DNA from: Iphione sp. A-MEVVRFRX5
Lineage: Eukaryota
Assembly (NCBI GenBank): GCA_976226885.1
Contig: OZ320314.1
Coordinates: forward strand, 97,154,001-97,218,000
Length of the DNA stretch: 64,000 nucleotides
Reading direction: 5' to 3'
Part shown: one piece after another, positions 1 to 13,037 of the stretch
Layout: every line of letters starts with the position of its first letter
Position numbering within the stretch: position 1 is the stretch's first letter
The notes under the pieces: generated by a model
Told to the model about the DNA's origin: nothing
The model's input: only the letters and a program-made list of their open reading frames with translations
Databases searched by the model: none
Made by a program: the position numbers and the translations under genes

Positions 1-3000
1 TGGCAATGACTGGCCATTGTGATAACCAGACGCGACCGCCCAATGCCTGTCGCCGTTCCGCTCCCTAGAAAAACAGCCGACTACCCCGGAGGCAATCAGC
101 AGAGGAGACTTTCAGACAGACACTGGCGTCGCCGGAAAAATACTCCAACACCCCTATATACATTCAGGTGCACAGAATAATATTTCAATCCACAGTAGGT
201 CTTGTTTTTGTAACACTTTGGGTGTCCTTTTTTAGGCAGATCGTTTGATATGGACTTCATACGTCTATGTTGAGTCCTTTTTTCTACAAAACGTTTCTGT
301 GATGCCATTTAGAGGTATACAAAGGATAAGATAGCATGCGCTTCAATGTAGAATACTCAGCAGGATGCTGTTCTTGGGATGGATAGAAAGCAAACATCCA
401 TTAAGTAAAGATCTGTGGGCTAGCCTTGGTTTCGGTAGAGATATAGATATCTAGCATAGATGTAAATAGAATGAGTGCACTCAATGAATATTGCAAACTA
501 TATCATCTGCGTTTTGCAGAACTTTCGCATGCTGGGGCTGCACGAGGTTATTTTTTAATCTTCCTTAATTGGCAGGAAACTCTTTTGTGAGCGGCCAGTG
601 GCCAGGCCTTGAATGTGGCGAAAAAGATCTGTTTGTGAGTTGTATAGGGACGTTCCGGCCTGTGAACGCTATTGGGAAGCCTGGATTGTGGTGTAATCTC
701 GGCTAGATTTCCCCCGGGCCCACTTTGCTCTGTGCCCGCTTGCCGCTTGGCGCATACAGGCTGCGGGTCTCGGCCGGGCGCACCGCACACAGCTAAAACT
801 CAACCGTTTCGCCCGAGTCTCCCCCACCCACTCCCCCAACCAGCACAGAGCCTACTGTGCTGTATTGTATCTCACTTCTGGCGAGCTCCCCACGGTGCGG
901 CCGGTAGTGAACATGCGGAAGCGAGTAAACCATACTTAGATAGATCGAGTGATGATGGTCGTATCGATGGAAGGGAGGACTACATTAGAAACACACAGAG
1001 TAATGCAAACATGAAAGATTGGGAATCATGGGGTTAATCTTAAAGAGCCCAACTACCGTACAGGTGCCACCTTTCTCCAAAGCCGCTCTGGCGCTGGGCC
1101 TTTTCCCAGTGATTTAATGAAGACAATCAACATTCAGGCCCTGTGCAGTGACCATCCTTCAAGGAGGTCGTCCTTCACATTGTTATGCAGTAAGCACAAC
1201 ACAATTGCCAATCCCACCTCCTTTCTTTCCTACTTCACACCAACCAAGATCCCATTCACATGGCCAAGACCTACATGTTGACCACTACCCACATTTCGGC
1301 TCCTCTGTTTGGCCTGGGAAAACTGTGTCACTCCAGCAAAAACACATTGCAGAATGTTTAGCCTAGGATCGATGTATAATTGCAGCAATTTGATTTTAAT
1401 TAAAGAGTAAAGAAGATGAGCTCCAAGATGATCAATGTGCTCTCAGAAAAAAGGTGATGAAGAGCCGTATGGATTGGAAGTTATAGAAGTGTTTCTTGGC
1501 TGACGACAGGCAGAAATAGGTGGGTGGATGGTGTCGGTGGTGCACGTGCGCGACCTGTAGAGCGTGAGAGCGACCTGCGGATCTGTCAATAGGTCATTGG
1601 ATCAGCCAGGGATCCCCTCGGATAAGAGAGACGCGCACAATGGCCTGCGCGGGTGATTACTAGGGCATCAGCTCCAGCCGCATCACCGGCACCGTGGCAA
1701 GCTCAAACAACGAGCGTGGTGGACTGTCACTTTATTCCTCGTCTCCTCAGCCAGGGCTTCTTGCCTGCAGCTTGTGCCCCCCTCCCGGTCGCTGTTCGAT
1801 GTTGTTTGATTGGTCAGAGATTATAATCCTATCATCGGCGCTTTCTCTACGCCAGCAGAAACTAGCACACGTCCGGATTCCTTTATTGCAATTTTTTCTC
1901 CGCCCTTTCTCTCGCAAATCTGTAACAGGAGTGTGGCGCTGGGCCCGGTGATGCGTGCTGCAAGTATTCAGATCAGATAGAGCCTACCCGGGCGTGAAGC
2001 TGTGCAACCACTGGAGCGTGAAGTCACGTGACTGCCGACATAGATAGCCATCTATTGGACGGGATCCGCGAGGCCTCCAGAGGTCACGTGGGGTGGTCAC
2101 GTGGATGTCTCGACCCAGAGCTCGGGTGGGCTTCTCAGAGTGATACAAGTGGGTGAAAACCACTTGCTAGATCGAAAGGTCAAGGCCAAGAGAGCAACAG
2201 AACTAGTGCTCGGTTTTCAGGAAGACACGTACCGATAGAGGCACGAACATTACACCAGTGATATTCACAGAAGACCAGGAATATGAACGCGTGTTGAGCG
2301 AAAAGCAGTTTGACAGCCATGCACGCATTGGAGGTAACATTGGCTGAAGCGAGCGCTAGCCATCCAAAAGGATCTATTAGATTAAACCCAAAAGCAATAG
2401 AGGATAAAAGAAATGGACGAGAGGAAGCGACAATTACCGGGAAAAATGAATCTGCACAATGGAATTGAAAGTTCAAAAATCACATTATGAGGCTGGTGGA
2501 AAGAAAGATGACTCAGCACAGACACGACAGAAATGCCTTTCTTGGTAGCGAAGCAGGAATCACTGCAATTTGTGACGTCAAAAAGGTAACTTTGGGGCTT
2601 CTTACAATAAAAGGAATTGTAATTTAGTGTTTACAAAATGAAGGATACAAACGAATAAGTGAAAAGTTATGTTAAGACAGCACCGAAAACGTCAACACTG
2701 TGAATAGATGGAAGTTATAAACAAAAAACTATAAAATTGTGAGACCAGATGATATACAGGCAATGGAATGATGGTGTTGAAACACCACGAGAAATGCAGC
2801 CCGTTTCTGCGCGAGGGGAGAGATACAATAGGCAATACTATCACCCTACCAACACCTGCGTTAAGATCGGCCCGAAATAATAGGCCGGATATGGAAATGG
2901 CCGCTCTCATCTGGCCAGACAGGCTATCTCTCAGCGATAGGGCCCCTTCTGTTCATGGCAGTACATGGAACACCGATAAAACGAGGTGCTGTGTAGCAGA

Positions 3001-6000
3001 TTGGTTGCGGATCATCCTCCGCCCATCCCATCATGAATCAAGGCCTGCGGGTTGATCCTATATCTTAATCCAACCTTATCAGCAAGCCTATTGATCCGAG
3101 TCTTCTGCGCTGCGCCCCGGCGGCGTACGATTCCCTCGCCCTGCCGAGCAGCCTATTGACTGATGCTTTAGCTGCGTGCTGCCCACTTCATCTTGGACCC
3201 TGCCTCTCTGTTCGTCTAACCTTTCTCCCTGCCTTACTGAGGTTCTTCTGATAGTTAACATGATCCCGGCAATCTTACCAGATCATTTTGGACACCAAAA
3301 AAGGGAGAAGAGCGAAAGTGATTGAGTTCACTCAGCGCTGTAATCAATTCCCCAAATGAGCACGGGCATGTATCAAGTAGGACTGAAAGAGGAGTTGAAC
3401 AATAGCTCATGATTAAAACAGGACTTAGCAACCTGGGGAAGGACCAAAGCAGCGGTATCAGGTGTGCTCTTGCCCTTCTTCCCGAGGACAGGCCATGAAG
3501 TCAACATCCATTTAAGAACAAATCCGTCAAGGAGGGACAGAGGCAGAATTGGGAATTAGCTTATTAACTTGAAATAGAATGGAATGCCTGCTCCCTGCAG
3601 GTGGAGGGCTCGCCCTGGCTGGCCCCAGGCAAGGCACTCCTATGTCAAAGTAAGGCGCCATGATGCCTCAGGAGCTTGGCTCAAGCCTGACAAATCAACC
3701 AAAATCAATATTAAATGGGGTTTCCCATGAATGTATTGCTTGGTGGTATCTGGGCGCAACTTGAATGCTCTATTTGTCATGCATTATTCCTCCTGTAATA
3801 TGTCATTTGCAGATGACTCAGTGAGATGGACAAATGGACAGACAAACAGACAGTTTAGAAAGATTGTGCGATATCTTTGTCTGTCCTTGGTACACCGATG
3901 TCCCAGATAACCAAAAGCGAAACGCCCTCATCTGGGATTGGCTTGACAATTTTCTTATCCAACATCAATTATTTCACTGATTGGCATTTCGTGTAGCTGT
4001 TTTTACCACTGCTATTGGAAAAACTACCTCTGCTGACGCAGGCTAATTTGAATCAGGGCAATAGTGAAATATTTTATCACCATTTTAGGTGTGTAAATGT
4101 GTGTAAATGAAAATCATCTACCGTTAGAATGGTCAGTAGCTGTGGCACCAATAGGAAGAGCACAATTGTTAGCGATAAAATGAAAATCATCAGAATTTCC
4201 TGCTTCCGAATGATTATAGTTGGACACAAATGAACGCCTCAGTGGGATCTCTCCCCTAGGTTCTCCTTCGTCTGTATTTGAAAACCGCCCAGCATTCGCA
4301 AAATGAAGAGGCCAAAAACAGGTCCCCGTTTTTCGTACTTCCTTTTTACATTTTTATTTTCGTGAAAATGGATCGGCAATTCCATTAAGGACTGTAGATT
4401 AAGTCTATTTAAGTTCTTCGTGGAGAAGCAGCAACCTGCGAAGTAGGAATAAATTAACCTTACCATTTCTTATTAAGACCGATTCATAGTTCATAGTTCT
4501 CATCATAAGAATTTCTTACAATTTTGGACACATGAAAATAGATACAACGCGAATGTTTCCCCTCTTCTCCCTTGGACTAATGTTTATTAAAGACTCACGC
4601 CATTCGCACATTAACGTATGTTTAATCATTTGGTCGTTCTCATTAGTGTACAGACGAAGGGCTTTAACATGTATAAGATGGTCATTAGATGCCAATTATG
4701 CGGTAATAATCCATGCTAGGCGGAGATGCGACCATTATGCCTCCATTTACTCATATATACAGCGCCAAGGAAGTAGACCACTGGGACGCCTGGGATCATT
4801 TTTGCATATGTAATGAGCAATGGCTATGAATATCCGTGCACCGGATGAGTATTTATGAACGGGGCAGACACTTCCGGTTATGGCCTGATTCATCTTTTGA
4901 AGCCATCATACAAAGCTTGGGTCCAGATGATATCTACTGCGTTACTGTTCTATATTTCCATGATATCGGTCAGATATGGGCAGAAAAAAAATCTTACACA
5001 GGGCCACTAGAAATCGATCCGCAAACAAGACCTTTCCTTGGCTACGGGTTGGTATTCTGGGCTAACCGTACATCATTGTAAATTAAACGGAAAGCAAATG
5101 TACGTGAAAGTTCAGTGTATTTGTACCCCCGTGGCACCGCGCAAACCGCATTATATGGTATTCCTACCATTGATGCAGCACGTTATGGAACGAAGCTATA
5201 AATAGCCATGCATGACATGCCATCTAGGATGTCATTACTTAGATGTACAGACAGGGCAGGCAACAAGCATACATGCATTATAAACAACCTATCTGGATGA
5301 ATATTATCTTAATGCTTCTCATTGTTGACGTTTGTCACTGTTTCAGGTACAGGTAGTACATTTGAATCTTTGAGTCTGCTATTGTTAATAGTAACACACT
5401 TGAATTACGGTACATGCATTTCGCCTTTCACTACTGTCTAGCTGAGAAATTCGAATCTTTTGGTCTGTCACCGTTGGAAGTGATATCTGTCCGTCTCTAG
5501 GTATAACACAAGGCATGTAGCTGTGATGGGAATTCGCTTCATGCCCACTCCACACAATGAATGCGTTTCACATAAAGGCAGACAAAGTCAATGCATATTC
5601 AATTAAGGGGATTTTATGTTAATTCTTAAATATTCTCTCTCAACTAATGATGATAAATGATAAAGCAACTGAGGTAGTATCAAAGATTCAACTTTGAGAA
5701 ATAAAATGACCATGGAATAAAACTAAATTGCCAGCATCTATTTTACTACCCTTTCAAAAGATTTTCCTGGAAATGAACACGCCACCCACAAAGCTTGTTA
5801 AAGGCCTGATCACTGTTAGATGTAATGCACTTAAATCATCAGGTCTTACAGTGATAGAAATAATGTTTCAATCTTAAGGCTTGGTACTGTTGCAAGTAAC
5901 ACACCGTACATTTGAATCTAGGAGTGTTACCAGCAGAAGTCATGTGTTTAAATTGTTAGGCCTATCACGATATAAGAAAGAATATGTTTGGCTATTCATG

Positions 6001-7647
6001 TGTGTCCCTGTTGAAATTAATAAACTAAGATGACACATAGTTTGAGATGTATCTTGGCAGCAGGGTGCGATTTATGAGATGTGACCGCGCCAGCCGGAAT
6101 TCATTCCCCATGGTCTTCCCCAGACACCAGCTGTCATGGCCGCACTCCTCTGCCGAATGATGACTTTTCCAAGATGAGCGTGACCATATAGCCTACTCCG
6201 AGGGCTTCTCCGTCTGTCACAATCTGATGTGTCAGTCTGGGACGACCACTACTTCAACAAGCCTTGGACGTCTCCCGCCTATCCCGTTGCCCTTGGCTGT
6301 TGCCCCCAGAGGGGCATTCTGTCCGAAATCCTCCCTCCATGAAAGGTTAAGTGGAATCAGCTGCAGTCCACTCGGTTCAACTTTGACCCCTTGCATTGGT
6401 CTCCATAAACCTGGAAGTTGAGCTATTTAAGAGCTAGCGATGTTTTTCAATGGGCCTGTTAGCTACAGAAAAAACATCCATATAGGCATAACGCAATGTG
6501 TACTTAAATTTTTGAAACCAAGAAATGGTGAAGGTGTAAAGACACGTCAAGGACCTGCAGTAGCTCGGCCAGGAGACGGGGGCCGGGGGTCGATAAAATA
6601 TCTCCATGTGTGATTACAGCTTAAAGAAGACCACCTGGCAGCCCCCGCTTTCTCACCAGAGCAGAAAACTATCACAGCGTGGGGGAGGTTTCCCAAGCCG
6701 TCTCAAACATATCGTCTCCTTATCTGCCAGTTCCCATTATTGGATTCCTCCTAGTCCTCATGGCACAGCACCGAGCCTAGTCATATCAAAGGCGTCCCGG
6801 ACATTCCTCTGTGTAGACATCTTTGATAAATTTGAATACTATATGCCCCCCCTCTTGCTATATAGCAAGGGCATCCACTGTAGGGAACCCTCTTTAATGT
6901 ACCGAGAGTGCTTAAGAAATAAACAGGATAAGCAGATGCCAAACTCTAGTGCTTTATATTCTACATTTACGGATATCCACACCGGATTCACCCGCTACAG
7001 CATGTCTGCGCTTTACCCTTAACTTGCCTGCAAGTTTACACCGCCTGCTTTATCCAAAGTGACACACAAATTGAAAGAATAATCATGTGGTTGGACTGCT
7101 AAAGAGGGAAACGTTTGCCATCGACATTCTATATTTAGATAAGAAAAACTAATGAATTTCTGGTACACCTTTTTCTAAATATTAATAATCAACACCTCTC
7201 GAATGATGCCCCTTTTCAACACACAATTATTTCTTAGTCTAGCTCCCTAGAAATCTGGATTCCTTTTCTGACACGCCCAACCTCTCTCATTTTTATCACC
7301 TTCCCTTCCGCCATATTTCCTTCTGCCATATGAGGATTTTGTATTTTAGCCATTTCAAGGACCTCAATAGCAGCCCTTCTTACGCCGAAGGCCTCCTCCC
7401 CCTCGGCCAGGCAACCCTTTGTACGAAAACATCGAACACAAGCTGCTTCACGAACCCCACGACAAGTACGCTTCAGTACAGTACACTCCCTCAATTACGG
7501 ACACCCTCCGTTCTGCTTCAAATCGTCCGCATTTGAGACGCGTCCGCTTCCGAGGCGGGGTACATGTACAGACAGGGGGTCAAACTAGAAAGTGAAATCC
7601 CTTTCTCCTTCTCTCTCTACAACTGATATGTACATGAAACATCCAAT

Positions 7648-7808
7648 AAGTGCTGAATTTGATGACTTTAAGTCCAAAAAGTGCTGAATTTGATGAATAA
7701 AAGTCCAAAAAGTGCTGAATTTGATGACTTAAAGTCCAAAAAGTGCTGAATATGATGACTAAAAATCAAAAAAGTGCTGAATTTGATGACTTTAAGTCCA
7801 AAAAGTGC
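7648..7808. repeat. 31-bp tandem repeat x5.2 (aagtgctgaatttgatgactttaagtccaaa)
   Basis: Units start at 7648, 7679, 7710, 7741, 7772 and 7803. Confidence 0.95.
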
Positions 7809-7821
7809 AAAAAGATACAGT

Positions 7822-7988
7822 CCCTCCAGGGTGTGAGAGACATCAGAGAGGTCGCCATTGACACTCCATACCTCTCCCACCTCCCTTTCCATGGTGTGAG
7901 AGACATCAGAGAGGTCGCCGTTGACACTCCATACCTCTCCCACCTCCCTCTCCAGGGTGTGAGAGACATCAGAGAGGTCGCCGTTGAC
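7822..7988. repeat. 63-bp tandem repeat x2.6
   Basis: ggtgtgagagacatcagagaggtcgcc recurs with period 63. Confidence 0.95.
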
Positions 7989-8002
7989 GCCCCCGGCGGG
8001 TA

Positions 8003-8070
8003 TAGACCGCGAATTGGGGGGTTTAGACCGCGAATTGGGGGGTTTAGACCAAGAATAGATTGGTTTAGAC
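8003..8070. repeat. 21-bp tandem repeat x~3 (tttagaccgcgaattgggggg)
   Basis: Two near-perfect copies and one degenerate copy. Confidence 0.85.
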
Positions 8071-11000
8071 TGATTTCAAGGTGTGAATTCGCATTTCCAG
8101 GTGCGACATCCCCCGTCCGCAGGGTGGCGTCCCCCGATTTTGGCCGTCCGCATTGGAGACGTAGGCTTATAATGCTTAACCATAGGAAATTATTTCGTTC
8201 TGCGTCAAATCGTCCGCATTTGAGACGCGTCCGCTTCCGAGACGCGTCCGCGGGGAGGGAGTAAACTGTATATACAAAACGCGTTTTGCCTCCCATTGAT
8301 TCCCGTTAGCCCACCCAACAGAGAACGTGTCAAGACCCATTCACAAAGATCGTCCGTCTGAAATCTAGGCTTTATTGAATGCACATTTTTGCTACAGATA
8401 TAGGCCAGGCTGGCGGAAAATAGCGACCAGACTAGTCCACTTGATCCAGTGGCATGCCCGTTGCGCCTGTTGTCCGCCCTCCTGCGCCTCCTCCAGGCAA
8501 CTGCCGAACCTGCTGCCACCCCACCCCTCCTATAAGGTCATCAGGAATTGTCCGAGCGCCACTAATGCATAGTCACCCAGGCGATCGGCCGCTACCGGCA
8601 GGGTTACAATAGATCGCGGGCGCCTGAAATATTTACGACCCAGCACTGCCAGCTTTTTCTGGCCATTCACATGGTTGGTCCTTTGCCTTGGTGTGCAATG
8701 CATCACAAAATAAGCAGCAACTGGCGTTCCTTTTGTCTGCAGGACTCTCACCTCAACAATGTGGCTGTTGGTGCTATTTTTCTCTCCATTTTCTCTCCCG
8801 GCCTAACAATACCAATTGCCAACTATAAACTCTTTGACCTGCCACGGAAGTCAATTCAGTGCTATGCGGTAATATGTATGGCCATGCTCTTATATTTTTC
8901 CAAGTGTATTTTCTGAATATCCAAATAAGCCACAATATACTTCATATATATACATGGTGTCTTAACTGAATCTGTCGGAGAACAGCTGCTGTTGTTAAAC
9001 ATTACAAGAGAATTCTATTAGCACCCATGGAAAAGAATGCAGCTGGCAGGAAGTAATTCATCAACACAAATGTCATGAAGGCCAAAATTGTCTCTCGCAA
9101 ATAAAAAAAGACGGTGGTGGTACGCCGAAATTCGAACGCTTCTTTTTTCCAGTATGCAGCACTAATAACCTGTTTTGCAGGTCCTATGGTCACCAATTCA
9201 TCCATTGAGACAATGTGAAGCCATTTATCTCAATACTCTTATTGACCAACCTAATATATTCATTATTGTACCTTTCGTATTCATGTTTTTGTAAATAATC
9301 CAGCCTCGTACATAGGAACAAAATAAAATGATTTTACATGATGCCGGGCTGTCAGTTTGGCAATTTTGGAAGCTTCAATGCAAAAACAGGCATTACATAT
9401 TTTGCAAATAAACAGCATAGAGAGGAGGAAATGAAAAACACCGAGAAGGACTGTCTTGTTCTTTATCGATTAGAAATCATAACTATTGGATTGCGCTGGA
9501 AAAGACATTGTGCAGTGGACAAGCTGCATTCTAGGTTTCCTTATACGGGAGCAAATATTTCCAGTCAGCGCTATCACACTTTACCGTTATGGCTTATAGA
9601 TTGTTGGTTTGAAAGTCTGGCAGAAACAGGATATGTTCTATATCACCATCATTTGGGAAGACTTATTACCCGGTCCTGAGTTTACCACAAAGTGCTCTCA
9701 TTGAGAGCCATGTTACATATGGCGTATCAATAGTGGCCACAGGTGATAAGCCGGACAAAACTAGCATCTGAGACACACACATCCTGAATGACTGATAATC
9801 ATGTATTTATCCTATCTGTGACAGGCACGAACCAGGGATGCCTCAATATCGCTCATGACGTGTCATACTTTCGTACGTATTTAAGTGAGACCATTCCAAT
9901 TACACACCGATAACGTCGAACAAAGTGCGGTTGCACCAATTAAGGTGATAGATGTGTGTGTACTGACATCTGATGTTGCACTCCCTGATCTCTTCTGGCT
10001 CCACAAAATTTGCCACTCTCTATAAATAACCACCAAGTCAGACATTAGAAGGACACTTATGGAGAATTTCAGCTCATTTTAGTCTTCCATTTTGATAAGG
10101 AGAACTATACATCAATGTAGCGATCCAACTTAATTTCTGCGGCGTATTCCGTGTATCCATATGCCTGCCATGGACGCTGCTTGTGTGTGGCGCACTGCGA
10201 ACCTTCTTCACGGCGCATGCTCGCCGATCCATTATTGATGCAACGCCCCTAGCCCAACCAGCCTCGGAATGACACTAAGCTGTGAATGTTTCATGTCCTC
10301 CCACCGGCCTGCACCTGGCCCCCCGCTCTGCATGCCAATTAGCCATAAATCAGCCTTAATTATTGCATATCTGAAACGCCTGTCTCACACACACAAACAT
10401 CGTATTGGCGCTGCTCACTTTGCCTACCTAGTTATTGTTGTTCAGGTGTTTCCTTATAATCAACCATGCATGGGTTACAGGAGCAGAAAGTTGGGCTTAG
10501 ACATGACTATCGCTGTGGGAACACAGAGAAGAGATTAACAGAAAACCCCATCGGGAGTGAGGGCAAGAACTATCTACACTGCGGAGCCAGCTGACAAAGA
10601 AACATAGATAACCTCAAGTGTAAGGACACAGCATATGGAAAGACGAGAGAGCTAGACGGGCTGATGGAGAATCTCACGTTCGACGCAGTTGGTAGCCCTC
10701 GAATTGTGCCGGCCTGACCTTCTGACCATCCCCAAGGGAGCGGTCAGTGAAAAAGCAGCGCATGTAAAATGCATGGGCCGAGATTGATGCACGTCTTGGC
10801 GGGCTTATGCTTGCCTCGGGTGTCAAGTGATTTATGCAACCTAGTGCGTAAAGTAATCAAGGCCCCGTTTTACCTTCAGATTAGATTACACCCACAAGTT
10901 TTGGTATGACGTTTAGTTAGAAGACCGCATATCTATAGAGCAATATAACATTATCCTGCTTGGAAAGCCACAGAAGGTACAAACACGAATGGCCACCCGT

Positions 11001-12895
11001 TCTTATGAACGTGTCATGATGGATGGCGTCTGGCGAAAAGGCTCCGTTTTTACTGCTTTTAATTTATTCATGCGACATCTTGTAGGCGTTAGAGAGGATA
11101 CCCGGATCGCAAGGTGCAGCATCGGGAGCTGGATGTATAAAGACAGAAGGAGAGAGAGAGAGGATAATGTATTGATAGATGCTGTACCGATTCTTCTTGC
11201 CGCTGTCTTTCCGTGGGCGTGGAGAGGAGGCGCCGAGTCTCTTGAGTAATACTTCAGCTGAAGTCACCAAGACGGAAGACGGCGCCACCGGCGACCTTCC
11301 AGCCTCCAAACAACTAATGGACTAATTTCTTTACCGCTGATCGCAAATAAAGGAGGGTGAGTCAGCAGCCCCGCTCGCCCTGGCGGGCCGCCCTTGTGTC
11401 AGCGTCGTTTTGCAGGGTGCGCGTCAAACATATCAGTAAATGGAGGCAGAGTCAATGTTGACCTCGCCAATGACCAATTAGTTACCCTGTTGATTATGTT
11501 GACTGGGTCATGCGGTGACTCGTGCAGAGTAATGTGAAAGGGGCTAGAAAAGAGGCAGGCAGAGGACATCAGGCGACAGAATGTAAATTGACCTACGCTT
11601 GTGCGAAAACTACTCAGAAACCCTATTGGTTGCTTGTAGTACCAATTACATGTTCTCTTGTAAAGGAGCAGAACAGTAAGATGTCAAGAAGCTGCACCAG
11701 AATTATGATATAACCAGGTGGCTTTGATCCTCCAATACCAACTATAGCCGGATACCCTAGGTCCTTCGGCAGAAAAAAGACTGGCCATTGCAACGGGTGG
11801 TGAGGTCACACGGCTGACCTTTTGCTGTCGCCAGAGGGTGCCTGTTCGGCTTGAATGGCAGCACTGCGCATGCCTTGAGACAGCCAATGGTGATCCCTGA
11901 TCCCGTTATAGGTCAAAGGTCACTCTCCATCTGGACGAGCTGGTCTGTTATCGTGGTCGACCGACCACTGTCGCACTGTCCTCTGGGCGGCTGAGCATGG
12001 ACGAAGGGACGGGGGGGGGGGGGAAGGCGAAGCCAGTGTGTGGCGGTAGATGACATTCAAGAACAAAACGTCAGCCAAAGCAAATCTAGCGACGAAAGAC
12101 AGATGTGTATGTAGATGACTTTCCCGATGGTGTAGCGCGATGAAAGAGTAACTACACTAGATGAACGTTCATGTAGTGTGTATTTGTATGAAGTACCTTC
12201 CTGATATTCTATAAAAAAGAATAATGCATATGTTTTCTTTTGAATGGCACATTGCAGCATACATTCTGTGTATTGTTGTGTTCAGAATTTGTCGGGTACA
12301 GGTTATCACACATTGAAAAGTTTCTCTATGGAATCTGGCGTCATTTCTTGTCATTCTTCCGAATATTTCCTAACTGACTCTTGGGATTCACCAGTTTACA
12401 CCTGAACCGTACGGATGTCAATAGATATATCGAAACGTATATTCAGGTCGTCTGAAACCAAATCAGAGACGATTTAGAGGACTTATTACATGTATTAGTG
12501 TTTTCTGTGTAACGTTTACGTTAGAGTACAAATATCATCTATATTAAAGCTCGGCTTTGTAGGCGAACAGTTTCGGTAGAAAAAAAATGCACTTGGATTA
12601 TAATGATGCTCTCGAAGCCATTCTAATTCAGACTGAAAACATATTTTCCTTCGACAACGATAGAGTCCTTCCTGTAATTACTATATGAATTCATGTTGCA
12701 CCGATAGCTCCTATTACGGTGTATTATTGAAGCTTTTGTTATTTACACCCACTGTCGTATTTAATGTTGTCACAATTAATATGATGATAATTGCACTTTT
12801 ATGTTTATATATTCACACGTGTTTTGACAAATTCTCCACATCATCTACTACTATATTCCTTTTCCTGATATTACTTTCCCCTGGTTTTCCCTTAG

Positions 12896-13037
12896 GATCC
12901 GGACGGAGAGTAAAGGAGGAGCCTGGTGTCCTGGGCAGCAGGTCTCTGAGGATGTCTATGAGTACCTCGAAATTGACCTGCAACAATTGAAAATCATCTC
13001 CTTCGTCGAGACACAGGGCCGGTTTGGCAACGGGCAG
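12896..13037 (+). CDS. DDR: DDR-A exon, DS domain ([47 protein letters not shown])
   Basis: ttttcccttag| acceptor and cag|gtgtgt donor; 142 nt, same as DDR-B 48007-48148. Not in the ORF track in this frame. Confidence 0.93.

Larger units (their letters stand above)
7479..8268. mobile_element. Non-autonomous TA-flanked MITE (Tc1/mariner-pogo/Tigger-like) with internal tandem arrays
   Basis: TA|CAGTACACTCCCTC...GAGGGAGTAAACTG|TA imperfect terminal inverted repeats. A ~45-bp internal direct repeat (cgttctgc.tcaaatcgtccgcatttgagacgcgtccgcttccgag) sits at ~7509 and ~8196. No transposase. Confidence 0.75.

Noticed and set aside
5670-5679. TGAGGTAGTA let-7-like start
   Set aside because: The match stops at 10 nt and there is no hairpin.
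6060-6421. GC-balanced, coding-looking segment
   Set aside because: The frames I translated on both strands have stops or no recognisable motif.
7648-7808. 31-bp repeats as a CRISPR array
   Set aside because: Units are contiguous with no unique spacers, there are no cas genes, and the context is eukaryotic.
7668-8296. ORFs of 91-176 aa across the MITE
   Set aside because: They are translations of tandem repeats open on both strands, with no domain motifs.
12328-12348. MESGVI as the missing DDR-A LGMxSG exon
   Set aside because: Flanking residues do not match and no suitable splice sites are present.
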